A stretch of DNA of 64,000 bases from Candidatus Poribacteria bacterium (GTDB taxonomy: Bacteria > Poribacteria > WGA-4E > PCPOR2b). Below are positions 50,621-61,150 of the stretch, piece by piece. The notes beneath the pieces were generated by a model that worked only from the letters and a program-made list of their open reading frames with translations, was not told where the DNA came from and ran no database searches. The translations under genes were made by a program, and so were the position numbers. Location: the NCBI GenBank assembly GCA_965198175.1, contig OZ240245.1:3296001-3360000 (forward strand). Reading direction: 5' to 3'. Each line of letters begins with the position of its first letter. Within the stretch, counting starts at the first letter, position 1.

Positions 50621-51415
50621 TCACGCCGACATGAAGACAGGCAAATTATTCCGCTCGGTCAACCGATATTCGCGCTCCAGACCGCATAACCAGTAGAACA
50701 TCTCGGCTGCGTCATTGATTGCGCGGTGGTATTCGCGGTGATACGTAGGTCCGGGAGGCGGCCCCTTGGCCTGTCTAGGATTGAAGCCCGGTTCGTGAAT
50801 CCAGTCGCGTTTCGGAGGCACAGTTCGCTTATACGCATACTTGAACAGATGGCGAGTTCCCTTCGCGGTGGACGCCGTGCGGCGGTGCCAGATAGGGTAG
50901 GCGGTCAAAAAGATAGAGCCTGCAGGGGCTGTCGTGGAGACTGCGCCCCGAATGCTCCCGTAATGCGCCATTGATGGAATACCATCGGCGATAAGAAAAT
51001 GCGACGCAGGCAACACCTCAGTCGGTCCCAGCTCAGGCGGCGTATCTTGTGGATAATAGAATACTTGCAGGCAGTCGAGTATGGGCGGGAATACTGCGCC
51101 GCCATCGACATGCCATGGACCGGGCGGCAAAGGGCACACGACCGGATGGCCGGTACTTAGGTGAGCGGGAAAAGTAAAATCCTTTCCCAAGAGCGATCGG
51201 ATTGCACCGGTTGCTTGCGGGTTGAGGCTGACGTTCTCAATGACCCCATCTAATATCCCAGCATTGCCGCCATTGGGACGTTCCGCAAAATATTCAAACA
51301 CCTTCCGGTTGATTTCATCCGGAACCACACCTTCGAGCAACAGGAAGCCCTGTCTGCAAAACTCCAGCACGTGCGTATCTGTTAATGTTGGTGTACAGTC
51401 ATAGGTATCACTCAT
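50621..51415 (-). CDS. Phytanoyl-CoA dioxygenase family protein
   Basis: WHVD, GPTEVLPASH, IWHR. Confidence 0.82.
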   Translation of the reverse strand: MSDTYDCTPTLTDTHVLEFCRQGFLLLEGVVPDEINRKVFEYFAERPNGGNAGILDGVIENVSLNPQATGAIRSLLGKDFTFPAHLSTGHPVVCPLPPGPWHVDGGAVFPPILDCLQVFYYPQDTPPELGPTEVLPASHFLIADGIPSMAHYGSIRGAVSTTAPAGSIFLTAYPIWHRRTASTAKGTRHLFKYAYKRTVPPKRDWIHEPGFNPRQAKGPPPGPTYHREYHRAINDAAEMFYWLCGLEREYRLTERNNLPVFMSA

Positions 51416-51608
51416 CGTGCGTGACCTCCATTTTGGGATAGTCTATTCTTCAGTGACCTGAAGGAACCACGTGTTGTGCACTCACACTGTTGAGTACACT
51501 GTGGCATTCAAGATTACGCCGGTTTGTTCGACACACGACAGTAACCTGAAAAAACCGTGATCTTTCTTTCGTTATCACGGAGCCACTAGAATATCGTAAC
51601 GCATCGCA

Positions 51609-51637
51609 ATTTTACATGAAATTTCGGTCGATGTCAA
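51609..51637 (-). promoter_or_regulatory. Sigma70-type promoter
   Basis: TTGACA-17 bp-TAAAAT on the minus strand. Confidence 0.5.
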
Positions 51638-51696
51638 GTTCTGTGTAGGTTTGGATAATACGCGGCATTAGGAGACACGAACAACATTCCCGTTGA

Positions 51697-52689
51697 TTAG
51701 TCAGATTTTCGAATAAAGGCTGGCTTAGAAATTGCCCCATAGGCGCCCAAAAGCAAGCTGTAAAACAACGTTAGAATATGCAGACTAAACCCGGAAATTA
51801 TTGCATATTCCCCTGAGACCCCGAGACCGGTAAGCGCCAGGATCCAAGGCACTTCCACGGTGCCAAAGTTTCCCAAGGTCTGGATGGGAAACATGTTGAA
51901 AAACGAAGTAAAGCTTAGTGCGAACATAATCTCTATAATTCCCAGATCCATCTTCATCGCTTGAACGAGGTAGCACTGCATGCTGAACCGCAGCCCTAAA
52001 TTTGCAATTGAGCACCCGATTATACCCAATAATCTCCAATTGAGAGATAAATCCGTGACCTCTCGCAGTAACTCCGCGAACGATTCCACAAGACGAGCAA
52101 GAATCGTGATTCTAATCCTTCTCGCAGAAGTCGCCACCTTTTCAACCGCCCTGACACCCACGTCCGACAAAAAGAGAAAGACAATTGCTGTTGATAGAAT
52201 GATTGCAATGCCGAACAGTGGAAGTACAAAAAGAATCCAATAAGACAGGTTGCTCTGCTCCAACAAGTCCCGTCTAAAACCCCATGCCATCCCGGTCATT
52301 ATTATTAGGATTAGCAAAACGTCGATGATACTCGCGCTCATTAAAGAGGCAATCCCCTTGGTCGCAGATACCTTTTCATCCCGTTTAAGGAGATAAACAT
52401 AGGAGAATTCTCCCGTGCGCATTGGCAAAATGTTCGTCCAGAACGTTTGAAGTGAAACAATCGAAACCAGCCGGTGCAATTTTACATTGACGTCCAGTAT
52501 TAACCGATATCGAAGCGCCTTAAAGGGCAATGACAGAAAATAAATCGCAAATGCGAAAAGTAGCACCTTTATCGGGATGCTGCGAAGCGTCTCCAGTATG
52601 TCAGACAGATTCCTTAGTTTCGACAATAGGAAACAGACGATTATCACAGCAATTGCTGATGTTAACAGAAATCTGTTACGCGGTGACAA
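51697..52689 (-). CDS. Lysylphosphatidylglycerol synthase-like transmembrane (flippase-like) protein
   Basis: ALRY, NILPMRTGE, P..GNFGTVE motifs; multi-pass hydrophobic. Confidence 0.75.
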   Translation of the reverse strand: MSPRNRFLLTSAIAVIIVCFLLSKLRNLSDILETLRSIPIKVLLFAFAIYFLSLPFKALRYRLILDVNVKLHRLVSIVSLQTFWTNILPMRTGEFSYVYLLKRDEKVSATKGIASLMSASIIDVLLILIIMTGMAWGFRRDLLEQSNLSYWILFVLPLFGIAIILSTAIVFLFLSDVGVRAVEKVATSARRIRITILARLVESFAELLREVTDLSLNWRLLGIIGCSIANLGLRFSMQCYLVQAMKMDLGIIEIMFALSFTSFFNMFPIQTLGNFGTVEVPWILALTGLGVSGEYAIISGFSLHILTLFYSLLLGAYGAISKPAFIRKSD

Positions 52690-52812
52690 TAGAGACTCCC
52701 TATCCTCAACCCTCTGTCCATTTTGAGCAGCCTATCCGAACGCACACTGGGAACACAAGGTGCTTTACCAAGCAGTGTCGTTCAGTCGAGGCATCTGAAG
52801 GCGCGTGCTTAA

Positions 52813-53652
52813 TCACTCTGTTTTTCGGGCGACCAATATGATTGGATAATAAAACTCGAATTTCTTACCGAGGTACTTCACAATCGGGACGATTCGTAGA
52901 CGATGCAAGATTTTTGTCAATTTCATCATGATGCCGGTAGATCCCCAGGTCGAAAACGCAGCCGATTCTAAGCGTTTTTCCCACATCTCGATTCCTAAGT
53001 TCATAATTTCCACATTTTCACGCGCCAAAGCGTTTAGGATACGGGATGGTGTTGTGTATTGAATCTCGTCCAAGAAATCCGCATCCCGACCGGCACACCT
53101 CAGATAAATCTTTGCTAGAGACCGGGGGAACTGCGGAAGCCAAATTATGCCGTAGTGCCCTTCCCAAAAAGAGTTGTAGTTTGGTACGACAAAGTGGATG
53201 TATCCCCCCGGTTTTAACACACGCACGGTCTCCTGCAAGACCTTTTCGGGAATTTGGGTGTGTTCAAGCACTTGGAAAGAAACAATGAGGTCAAACGTAG
53301 CATCCCCGAAGGGTAAGTCTTCCCCAACGCCGCGCAGTATATTCCTGCTCACCCGCGCGTCATCAAGGAGGTCAAGAGAAACTCCCACCTTCATGGAATC
53401 CGGCTCAATACCGTAGCAATCCCCGCCATTCTGCTGACAAACGATGTTGAAGGTGCCTAAACCGCTACCAATCTCTAGAATCCTCTTGCCTTTAACTTGA
53501 ATCCCAAAAACATCCCGCATAATTGCGATTCGTTCTTCCTCACGCTGCAATGAAAGCGATTCTCTAATGCCCTTTTCGACGTTGGGCAGCGGCTTTTCAC
53601 ACCCCGTCAAATAGTATTCCTTCAATTTTTCGATTAACAGGTCTTGATCCAT
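52813..53652 (-). CDS. Class I SAM-dependent methyltransferase
   Basis: ILEIGSGLG, LPFGDATFDLI, VLEH, LKPGG. Confidence 0.9.
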   Translation of the reverse strand: MDQDLLIEKLKEYYLTGCEKPLPNVEKGIRESLSLQREEERIAIMRDVFGIQVKGKRILEIGSGLGTFNIVCQQNGGDCYGIEPDSMKVGVSLDLLDDARVSRNILRGVGEDLPFGDATFDLIVSFQVLEHTQIPEKVLQETVRVLKPGGYIHFVVPNYNSFWEGHYGIIWLPQFPRSLAKIYLRCAGRDADFLDEIQYTTPSRILNALARENVEIMNLGIEMWEKRLESAAFSTWGSTGIMMKLTKILHRLRIVPIVKYLGKKFEFYYPIILVARKTE

Positions 53653-53779
53653 TCAAACATTCCAATGGTTATCGTCAGAGGAGGCGAGACTGCTTCATAT
53701 CTGTCTATGCCTTATTATATCACATAATCCGTGAACTTCGTGTGAAGAAGTATGCGCCGTCCATAAAACGATATTTCGC

Positions 53780-53808
53780 TTGCATAATTCACGAATTTTC
53801 GGTATGAT
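53780..53808 (+). promoter_or_regulatory. Sigma70-type promoter for mutS
   Basis: TTGCAT-17 bp-TATGAT. Confidence 0.45.
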
Positions 53809-53902
53809 AAAATGAACGTTAAAAGAATAATTGCACATCTGAAATAGCGAATTTAATCTGCTTGTGAGCGGATACAACAAATCAGGGTCTTTGAAGCATA
53901 CG

Positions 53903-56900
53903 ATGGCAAAAAAGGCGCAACTCTCCCCGTTAATGGAGCAGTACAAACGACTAAAGAACCAATACCCGGATGCAATTCTTCTCTGCCGGGTTGGAGATTT
54001 CTATGAGGCGTTCTTTGATGATGCGGAGCTAATCGCACGGGAGTTGGAAATTGTGCTGACTTCCAGAGACAAAGATAAAGCAACGCCCATGGCGGGAATC
54101 CCACATCACGCGCTCGATTCATATCTGTACAAACTTGTAAATGGGGGACACAAAGTTGCGATTTTAGAGCAGATAGAGGATGCAAAGAACGTACCCGCCG
54201 GAGAGCTTGTCAAGCGAGATGTTGTCCGAATTGTGACGCCAGGAACCCTGACGGATCCAAGAGTTCTCGATCAGCGGATGAACAACTATCTGGTTGCGGT
54301 CTGCGTTCTCAAAGGAGTCTATGGATTAGCCTTTGTCGATCTATCGACAGGCGAGTTTGCGGTTACCGAGTTAGAGTGCCTTGAGAAACTCTGGACAGAA
54401 CTCCACCGGCTCGCACCCAAGGAGCTTCTGTTTTCTGAGGCGTTTGATGATCCGGAGATGTTGGAGCGGATACAGGTCGATTTGAAGGCTGCGGTGAATA
54501 CTCTACCAGATTGGCGATTCGCGCTGGATACAACGAGGTCCGAGCTACTCCAACATTTCAATACCCTCTCGCTAGACGGATTTGGATGCGAACATCTCCC
54601 CGCGGCAATCTGCGCAGCGGGAGCACTGATTTATTATCTGCACGAGACCCAAAAACAAGAGGTTGAACACATCCTTTCCATCCACACCTACACCGTCTCT
54701 GACTTCATGATTTTGGACGCGGATACGCAGCGGAATCTGGAGTTGACGACATCTATCCGTGACGGCTCATCAAAAGGCACACTGTTAGAAACAATAGACC
54801 AGACCGTGACGCCAATGGGAGCACGCAAGCTTCGCGGTTGCCTCTTGCAACCGCTTCTACAACCAGACCAGATTAACGCCCGGTTGAACGCGGTTGAAGA
54901 ATTGAAGAATCAGATTGGCACGCAGGAGGAAATTCGTGACTTACTGAACAAAATGTACGACATGGAGCGGCTGATTTCAAGAATCAGTTTGGGGTCGGCA
55001 AATGCCCGAGATCTGCTTGCGTTGAAGGATTCGCTGCACTTGATTCCAGCGATTAAGGTTCAGCTTCAGGATTGCGAGACATCGTTATTGAAGACCTTGA
55101 ATGAAACGCTTGACCCCCTAGACCAATTAGCGAATCTCATCGAGTCGGCGACTCATCCCGAGCCTCCCGTGACTTTGCGCGAAGGAGGATTAATCCGCGA
55201 TGGCTATAGCGAACAGTTGGACGAACTGCGCGCTATTACAAGCAGGGGCAAAAGCTGGATAGCGGAACTTCAGCAGTTGGAACGTGAAAAAACAGGAATT
55301 ACCTCGCTAAAGATCGGTTTCAATCAGGTCTTTGGGTACTATATCGAAGTCACCAAATCGAATCTCCACCTTGTTCCCGATGACTATATCCGGAAGCAGA
55401 CATTGACCAACGCGGAGCGATTTATCACTCCGGAACTCAAGGAACGGGAAGCGCAAATCTTGAACGCCCAAGATCAGATTCAGGCACTTGAGTATAACCT
55501 CTTTCTTGAGGTTCGCACGCAGGTCGGACAAGAGACAGAGCGCATCCAGCAAACCGCTGCGGTGATTGGGATGATTGATGTCATCGCCAACCTCGCCTAT
55601 ATCGCGTCTAAACATGACTACGCGAAACCCATTGTTGATGAGAAGAGTGATGAGATTATCATCCGAAATGGACGTCACCCTGTTGTTGAACGGCTGTTTA
55701 CGCAAGAGGGATTTGTTCCCAACGACACCGCATTGAACTGCCGTGACGGTCAAATGCACATTATCACGGGACCCAATATGAGCGGCAAATGTGTTCGCGG
55801 TGACACACTGGTATTCACCGATGCCGGGCTTGCCCCAATAGCGTCTCTTCAACCCGGTGAAGTTGCAGTGGACACATTTGCGCCGGTGAGTTATCGCGTC
55901 AAGGGGCTCAATGGTGACGCTCATGCGACCCATTTCTATGTTGGTGGGCGGCGTCGAACCGTCCGCATCCGCACCAAATTGGGTTACGAATTAGAGGGCA
56001 CACCCGAGCACCGGATTTGGGTGCGCCGGCGGTGCGGTACAGAGGATTGGAAACCGCTGGGGGAAATTGAGAGTAGCGACTCCGTTGCAATCGATTGTCA
56101 GATTGATTTGTGGGGCAATTGTGAGACGCTTGAAACGCCGGGTGCAGCCAATATGCAATCTCAAGTGAACCGCCTTGGGGCGCCACGGGATTCGACCCCG
56201 CGCTCGATGCCCCCCCGCCTGACGCCGGATCTGGCATATGCGATGGGGTTGTTGGTTGGCGATGGCGTATTGACCGAACGAAAGGCACTATCGCTGGTAA
56301 CTAGAGATACGTCTCTCAGACGGGAATTTAGACGGATTATGCAGGCGGAATTCGGATACTGCACGGAGCCTACGACTAAATCAAGGCATTCCAACGATCG
56401 GGTGAGCGAACTGCAGATTCGGCTATTCTTTGAAGCGTTGGTACTGGGATATGCCGCCGCGGTGCGCGTTCCACCAGCCATCTTGGGCGCACCGAAGACC
56501 ATCGTTTCGGCTTTCCTGCAAGGGCTGTTTGACACAACTAGCGATGTTGATGCAAACGGCAATATCACCCTTTTTACACCGTCACTTCTTCTCGCTAAAC
56601 AGGTGCATACGCTTCTACTTAACTTTGGGGTTGTGTCCTCGCTTCAGGAGAAGAAAGCGAGTCACACTGGCAACTGGAACTACCGGATCTCCATCGCTGG
56701 GGTTGATGCATTGACATTTTGCGGGCAGATCGGCATTCGACATCCGCGCAAACGGAACGACGCCAAACATATCCATTTGATCGGATATTCCGGACACAGT
56801 GATGTCGAATGTTCCGAACGGCAAACATCAGCCAACGGTCGTTACGTCTACGATTCAATCGTGGACATAACCCCCGGCGCGGCAGAAGTCTATGACCTTT

Positions 56901-57730
56901 CAGTGGAAGAGAGTCATTCATTTGTCGCCAACGGGTTCGTGAACCACAATTCGACCTATCTGCGTCAGACAGCCCTCATCACGCTCTTTGCGCAGATGGG
57001 TAGCTTTGTGCCGGCATCGGCGGCAAAGATTGGGATTGTGGATCGGATTTTCACACGTGTTGGGGCGTCAGACAACCTCGTAATGGGGCAAAGTACCTTC
57101 CTTGTCGAGATGAACGAAACCGCGAATATCCTGAACAATGCAACGCCAAGGAGCCTGATTATCCTCGACGAAATCGGGCGCGGTACCAGCACCTTCGACG
57201 GGTTGAGCATCGCGTGGGCGGTGGCAGAATATATCTTGGACAAGAAGAAGATTGGCGGGAAAACGCTGTTTGCCACGCATTATCACGAACTCATCGAGTT
57301 GGCGGGCAAGTATAAGCATGTCAAAAATTATAACGTTGCTGTCCACGAAGACGGTGAGAAGATTACCTTCCTGCGAAAGGTCGTGGAGGGTGGAACCGAT
57401 CAGAGCTACGGTATTCATGTCGCACGTCTCGCCGGATTACCGCTGGCTGTAATTGCGCGCGCACAACAGATTCTAGAGATTCTCGAACAGCATAATCTGA
57501 GCGTTGAGGGGGATGCTTCGGATCGCCTACCGAAGGCGGCGCCCAAAGCGCCACGCCCTCGCCGCCGACTATCACAGTCTGCTTTTCAAGGCGACTCCCT
57601 ACAACTCGCACTATTCACACCTAAAACGCACCCGATTGTCGAGGAACTCCAGAATCTCGACCTCAATCAGTTGACCCCAATGGGAGCGCTGAACCTACTC
57701 TATCAGTTGAAGGCAAAAGCCGACGAGTGA
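53903..57730 (+). CDS. mutS: DNA mismatch repair protein MutS (intein-containing precursor)
   Basis: GDFYEAF, RIVTPGT, GRHPVVE, TGPNMSGK-[intein]-STYLRQ, STFLVEM, LDEIGRGTST, FATHYHEL, SYGIHVA. Confidence 0.96.
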   Translation: MAKKAQLSPLMEQYKRLKNQYPDAILLCRVGDFYEAFFDDAELIARELEIVLTSRDKDKATPMAGIPHHALDSYLYKLVNGGHKVAILEQIEDAKNVPAGELVKRDVVRIVTPGTLTDPRVLDQRMNNYLVAVCVLKGVYGLAFVDLSTGEFAVTELECLEKLWTELHRLAPKELLFSEAFDDPEMLERIQVDLKAAVNTLPDWRFALDTTRSELLQHFNTLSLDGFGCEHLPAAICAAGALIYYLHETQKQEVEHILSIHTYTVSDFMILDADTQRNLELTTSIRDGSSKGTLLETIDQTVTPMGARKLRGCLLQPLLQPDQINARLNAVEELKNQIGTQEEIRDLLNKMYDMERLISRISLGSANARDLLALKDSLHLIPAIKVQLQDCETSLLKTLNETLDPLDQLANLIESATHPEPPVTLREGGLIRDGYSEQLDELRAITSRGKSWIAELQQLEREKTGITSLKIGFNQVFGYYIEVTKSNLHLVPDDYIRKQTLTNAERFITPELKEREAQILNAQDQIQALEYNLFLEVRTQVGQETERIQQTAAVIGMIDVIANLAYIASKHDYAKPIVDEKSDEIIIRNGRHPVVERLFTQEGFVPNDTALNCRDGQMHIITGPNMSGKCVRGDTLVFTDAGLAPIASLQPGEVAVDTFAPVSYRVKGLNGDAHATHFYVGGRRRTVRIRTKLGYELEGTPEHRIWVRRRCGTEDWKPLGEIESSDSVAIDCQIDLWGNCETLETPGAANMQSQVNRLGAPRDSTPRSMPPRLTPDLAYAMGLLVGDGVLTERKALSLVTRDTSLRREFRRIMQAEFGYCTEPTTKSRHSNDRVSELQIRLFFEALVLGYAAAVRVPPAILGAPKTIVSAFLQGLFDTTSDVDANGNITLFTPSLLLAKQVHTLLLNFGVVSSLQEKKASHTGNWNYRISIAGVDALTFCGQIGIRHPRKRNDAKHIHLIGYSGHSDVECSERQTSANGRYVYDSIVDITPGAAEVYDLSVEESHSFVANGFVNHNSTYLRQTALITLFAQMGSFVPASAAKIGIVDRIFTRVGASDNLVMGQSTFLVEMNETANILNNATPRSLIILDEIGRGTSTFDGLSIAWAVAEYILDKKKIGGKTLFATHYHELIELAGKYKHVKNYNVAVHEDGEKITFLRKVVEGGTDQSYGIHVARLAGLPLAVIARAQQILEILEQHNLSVEGDASDRLPKAAPKAPRPRRRLSQSAFQGDSLQLALFTPKTHPIVEELQNLDLNQLTPMGALNLLYQLKAKADE
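55790..56950 (+). mobile_element. Intein (387 aa) with LAGLIDADG-type homing endonuclease domain
   Basis: Starts CVRGDT; block B GTPEHRI; GLLVGDG and FLQGLFDTT motifs; ends VYDLSV..HSFVANGFVNHN before Ser. Confidence 0.95.
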
Positions 57731-57818
57731 AATATTGTAACTAGATTACCGCAGCGACGAAACGAAAAACCGCAGCATATCAAACCGAGCGATCCACGAA
57801 TAAACGGCGAGGGTAATC

Positions 57819-60521
57819 ATGGCGCTACATCCGGATTTTCCCGAATCTCCACATGTCATTATCGACCCCTCAGTACGCTGGTTTCCAGCCGACGAAGCAC
57901 TGCGGGCAACTGTCTACGGGAAACTGATTCCCCCACTCGTTCACAAGATACGCAACCAAGTCAGAGCGTGGCGAGACGACGGCTACCGAGACGCACCCGA
58001 AACGAGCAGATCGCTTCTCAACTGGTGGTTCAATACGCCCCACTTGCTGGAAGGTGCGGGTGGGGAAATCAGCGAGTTTCAATACTACTTCGCCCAGCGC
58101 GAGGCGCTGGAAACTGTAATTTACCTATACGATGTCGTCCGGGTGAAGGACAAATACGACTTAATGCGATTTGACAGTTCCGGTGCAATCTCAACCGGGA
58201 TGTTCGACGAAACTTGGCGGCGGTTCGTGCTGAAGATGGCAACGGGGACGGGTAAAACGAAGGTGATGAGCCTTGCAATCGCCTGGAGTTTCTTCCACAA
58301 GCTGTATGAACCCGACTCCGAACTCTCGCGCAACTTTCTAGTCATCGCGCCCAATATCATTGTGCTCGACCGAATCTATCACGATTTTCAGGGACTGCGT
58401 GTCTTCTTTACCGACCCTGTGTTGCCCAACAATGGATTTGACGGTCGCAACTGGCGCGACGATTTTCAACTCACCCTGCATCGGCAGGACGAGGTGCGCG
58501 CTACCCGCCCCACGGGCAACATCTTTCTGACCAATATCCACCGCGTCTATTCCAGTGACCAATCCCCAGCATCGCCCGATGACGACAATACGATGGACTA
58601 CTTCCTCGGCAGACGACCGACGGGTGCAACCACAGATTCAAAGGTAGACCTCGGGGATATCGTCCGGGAGGTTGACGAACTGATGGTGCTGAACGATGAG
58701 GCGCATCATATCCACGACCCGAGGCTCGCTTGGTTCAAGTCGATTGAGGACATCCATAACCGTCTGTTGCAGAAAGGCAGCGAACTGGCGTTGCAAGTGG
58801 ATGTCACCGCGACGCCCAAGCACAACAACGGCGCGATTTTTGTGCAGACGGTGTCGGATTATCCGCTTGTGGAAGCAATTTCACAAGATGTGGTAAAGCA
58901 CCCAGTGCTGCCCGACGCACCGAGCAGAGCCAAGCTTGTGGAGCGACAGAGTGCGAAATACACCGAGAAATATGCGGACTACTTGGAACTCGGCGTGATC
59001 GAATGGCGCAAAGCGTATGCAGAGCATGAAAAGCTGGGCAAGAAAGCCATCCTGTTTGTGATGACCGATGACACGCGCAACTGCGACGAGGTCGCCGAGT
59101 ATCTCGAAAACCGTTATCTCGATTTGAAAGATGCCGTATTGGTGATTCACACGAAGAAAAACGGCGAAATCTCCGAAGCGGCATCCGGTAAGAAGAGCGA
59201 GGAATTGGAGGCACTGCGGAAACAGGCGAACGAGATTGATTCCATGGCGAGCCCGTACAAGGCGATTGTCTCGGTCTTAATGCTCAAAGAGGGTTGGGAT
59301 GTCAAAAATGTGACTACCATTGTGGGGCTGCGCGCCTACTCCGCCAAGAGCAACATACTACCGGAGCAGACCCTGGGGCGCGGTCTCCGCCGTATGTACC
59401 TCGACGGAGTGAATGAGTCTGTGAGCGTCATCGGCACTGAAGCCTTTATGGACTTCGTCGAGTCGATCCAAGCGGAAGGCGTGGAACTGGAACGCCGAGC
59501 TATGGGTGCGGACACCGTCCCTATAACACCGCTAGTGATTGAAGTAGATAAAGACAACCCCAACAAGGACATTGATGCGTTAGATATCAGCATTCTCAAA
59601 CTAACGGGGAGAGTTTATCGAGAATACAAGAATCTAGTCGAATTAGACGTGAAGCGCTTCAATTTCACACCTGTGCCCTATCGGGAGTTCAGCGAAGACC
59701 CGCAGCGCGCCATCGTGTTCAAGGACATGACAACGGGTGAGGTCACACACACCACACAGATGGATAGCGCCGGCGTTGCGGATTATCGGAGTGTGATTGG
59801 GTATTTCGCTCAGACCCTCATGAAAGAGTTACAATTGGTAAGCGGCTACGACATCCTATATCCCAAGGTGAGGAGTTTCATTGAGAACCACCTGTTCGGC
59901 AGCACGGTGGCGTTAGATTCTCTTAATACCCTACGCAATCTGTCAGAGCTTGCGGCAACAAAAACCGTAATCGAAACCTTCAAGCGAGCGATTAACGACC
60001 TCACAATTCAAGACAAGGGGGACGCTCAGATTAGCGATTCAATCAAGCTGCGGCATACGCGCCCCTTCGTCGTCAAAAATCAACCCTATCTGACACCGAA
60101 AAAATCTGTGTTCAACCGAACGATTGGCGATAGTCAATTGGAACGCGACTTTGCCGTATTTCTGGAAAAGTGTCCCGATGTGGTGTCCTTCTCCAAAAAT
60201 TATTTCGCGGTGGGTTTCAAGCTTGATTACGTCACCGCCGATGGCGACATTTCCAACTACTACCCCGATTTTATCGTGAAGACGACGGATGGACGGGTGA
60301 TTATCGCCGAGACCAAGGGGCGAGAAGATCTGGATGTCGCGCCCAAGATGCACCGACTGCGGCAGTGGTGCGAGGATGTCAACAGCGTTCAAGGAGACAC
60401 GGTTTACGACTGTGTCTACGTAGACGAAGAAAGCTTTCGGACGTATCAACCGAAAACATTTCAGCAACTGCTGGATGGATTCAAAAAGAACCGAAGGGAT
60501 TCCGGTGAACGGCAGAACTAA
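57819..60521 (+). CDS. Type III restriction enzyme Res-like subunit (SF2 helicase plus PD-(D/E)xK nuclease)
   Basis: MATGTGKT, NDEAHH, TATP, LKEGWDV, EQTLGRGLR, YYPDF..ETKG. Confidence 0.9.
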   Translation: MALHPDFPESPHVIIDPSVRWFPADEALRATVYGKLIPPLVHKIRNQVRAWRDDGYRDAPETSRSLLNWWFNTPHLLEGAGGEISEFQYYFAQREALETVIYLYDVVRVKDKYDLMRFDSSGAISTGMFDETWRRFVLKMATGTGKTKVMSLAIAWSFFHKLYEPDSELSRNFLVIAPNIIVLDRIYHDFQGLRVFFTDPVLPNNGFDGRNWRDDFQLTLHRQDEVRATRPTGNIFLTNIHRVYSSDQSPASPDDDNTMDYFLGRRPTGATTDSKVDLGDIVREVDELMVLNDEAHHIHDPRLAWFKSIEDIHNRLLQKGSELALQVDVTATPKHNNGAIFVQTVSDYPLVEAISQDVVKHPVLPDAPSRAKLVERQSAKYTEKYADYLELGVIEWRKAYAEHEKLGKKAILFVMTDDTRNCDEVAEYLENRYLDLKDAVLVIHTKKNGEISEAASGKKSEELEALRKQANEIDSMASPYKAIVSVLMLKEGWDVKNVTTIVGLRAYSAKSNILPEQTLGRGLRRMYLDGVNESVSVIGTEAFMDFVESIQAEGVELERRAMGADTVPITPLVIEVDKDNPNKDIDALDISILKLTGRVYREYKNLVELDVKRFNFTPVPYREFSEDPQRAIVFKDMTTGEVTHTTQMDSAGVADYRSVIGYFAQTLMKELQLVSGYDILYPKVRSFIENHLFGSTVALDSLNTLRNLSELAATKTVIETFKRAINDLTIQDKGDAQISDSIKLRHTRPFVVKNQPYLTPKKSVFNRTIGDSQLERDFAVFLEKCPDVVSFSKNYFAVGFKLDYVTADGDISNYYPDFIVKTTDGRVIIAETKGREDLDVAPKMHRLRQWCEDVNSVQGDTVYDCVYVDEESFRTYQPKTFQQLLDGFKKNRRDSGERQN

Positions 60522-61104
60522 GACCTACGGCATAGCGGTTGGTGTTGTTACGACTGTATGTCTCGTTCTAATCTATTTCCTAGGAATGCGTGAACAGGAG
60601 TCGTTTCAGGATTATCAGGTCCAATTCAGTCTGAACACAATCCCAACTATTCGCCTTGCTCATTTTGAATCAGTTTTGTCAACCCTACAACAGTCTGGAG
60701 AGGGAGAGGCAATTTTTAGCGGCGGGAACGGGTTCGTGCGTTTTCGGATGCGTGAAGATGGGAGCATTGCAGTGTTAGTTCCAGTCTCGGCTTCAATACC
60801 GTGTATCCTGCCCGAAACATCGGCGAGGTTCTTTATCGCGGACAAATACAAGTTCCACAATATTCGGATCGCCCGCCATGAAAGGCAACGGCTTGAAGAG
60901 ATGGAGCCGCTCCAGGATGCGGTAGAACGCAAAGTCTCATATTCAGGCACAGCGCCGCATATGTTCATAGAGGCAGAATTAGGTTCGGATGTAGTGCGAG
61001 CGTCAGAGATGACAGAGACCATCCTGACGGAGGTCTTTCAAATAGGGTCAGGAAAGCTAGGAACCTATGCGGGCGAATACCGTAGATTTCGCTGGGGGTA
61101 TTAA
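60505..61104 (+). CDS. Hypothetical protein with N-terminal membrane anchor
   Basis: ORF overlapping the Res stop codon; single hydrophobic helix; start uncertain. Confidence 0.55.
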   Translation: MNGRTKTYGIAVGVVTTVCLVLIYFLGMREQESFQDYQVQFSLNTIPTIRLAHFESVLSTLQQSGEGEAIFSGGNGFVRFRMREDGSIAVLVPVSASIPCILPETSARFFIADKYKFHNIRIARHERQRLEEMEPLQDAVERKVSYSGTAPHMFIEAELGSDVVRASEMTETILTEVFQIGSGKLGTYAGEYRRFRWGY

Positions 61105-61150
61105 TGACATTGCCTGCGGTTCTTCGGCTCGTTAGGCATGCGAGGCAGGT

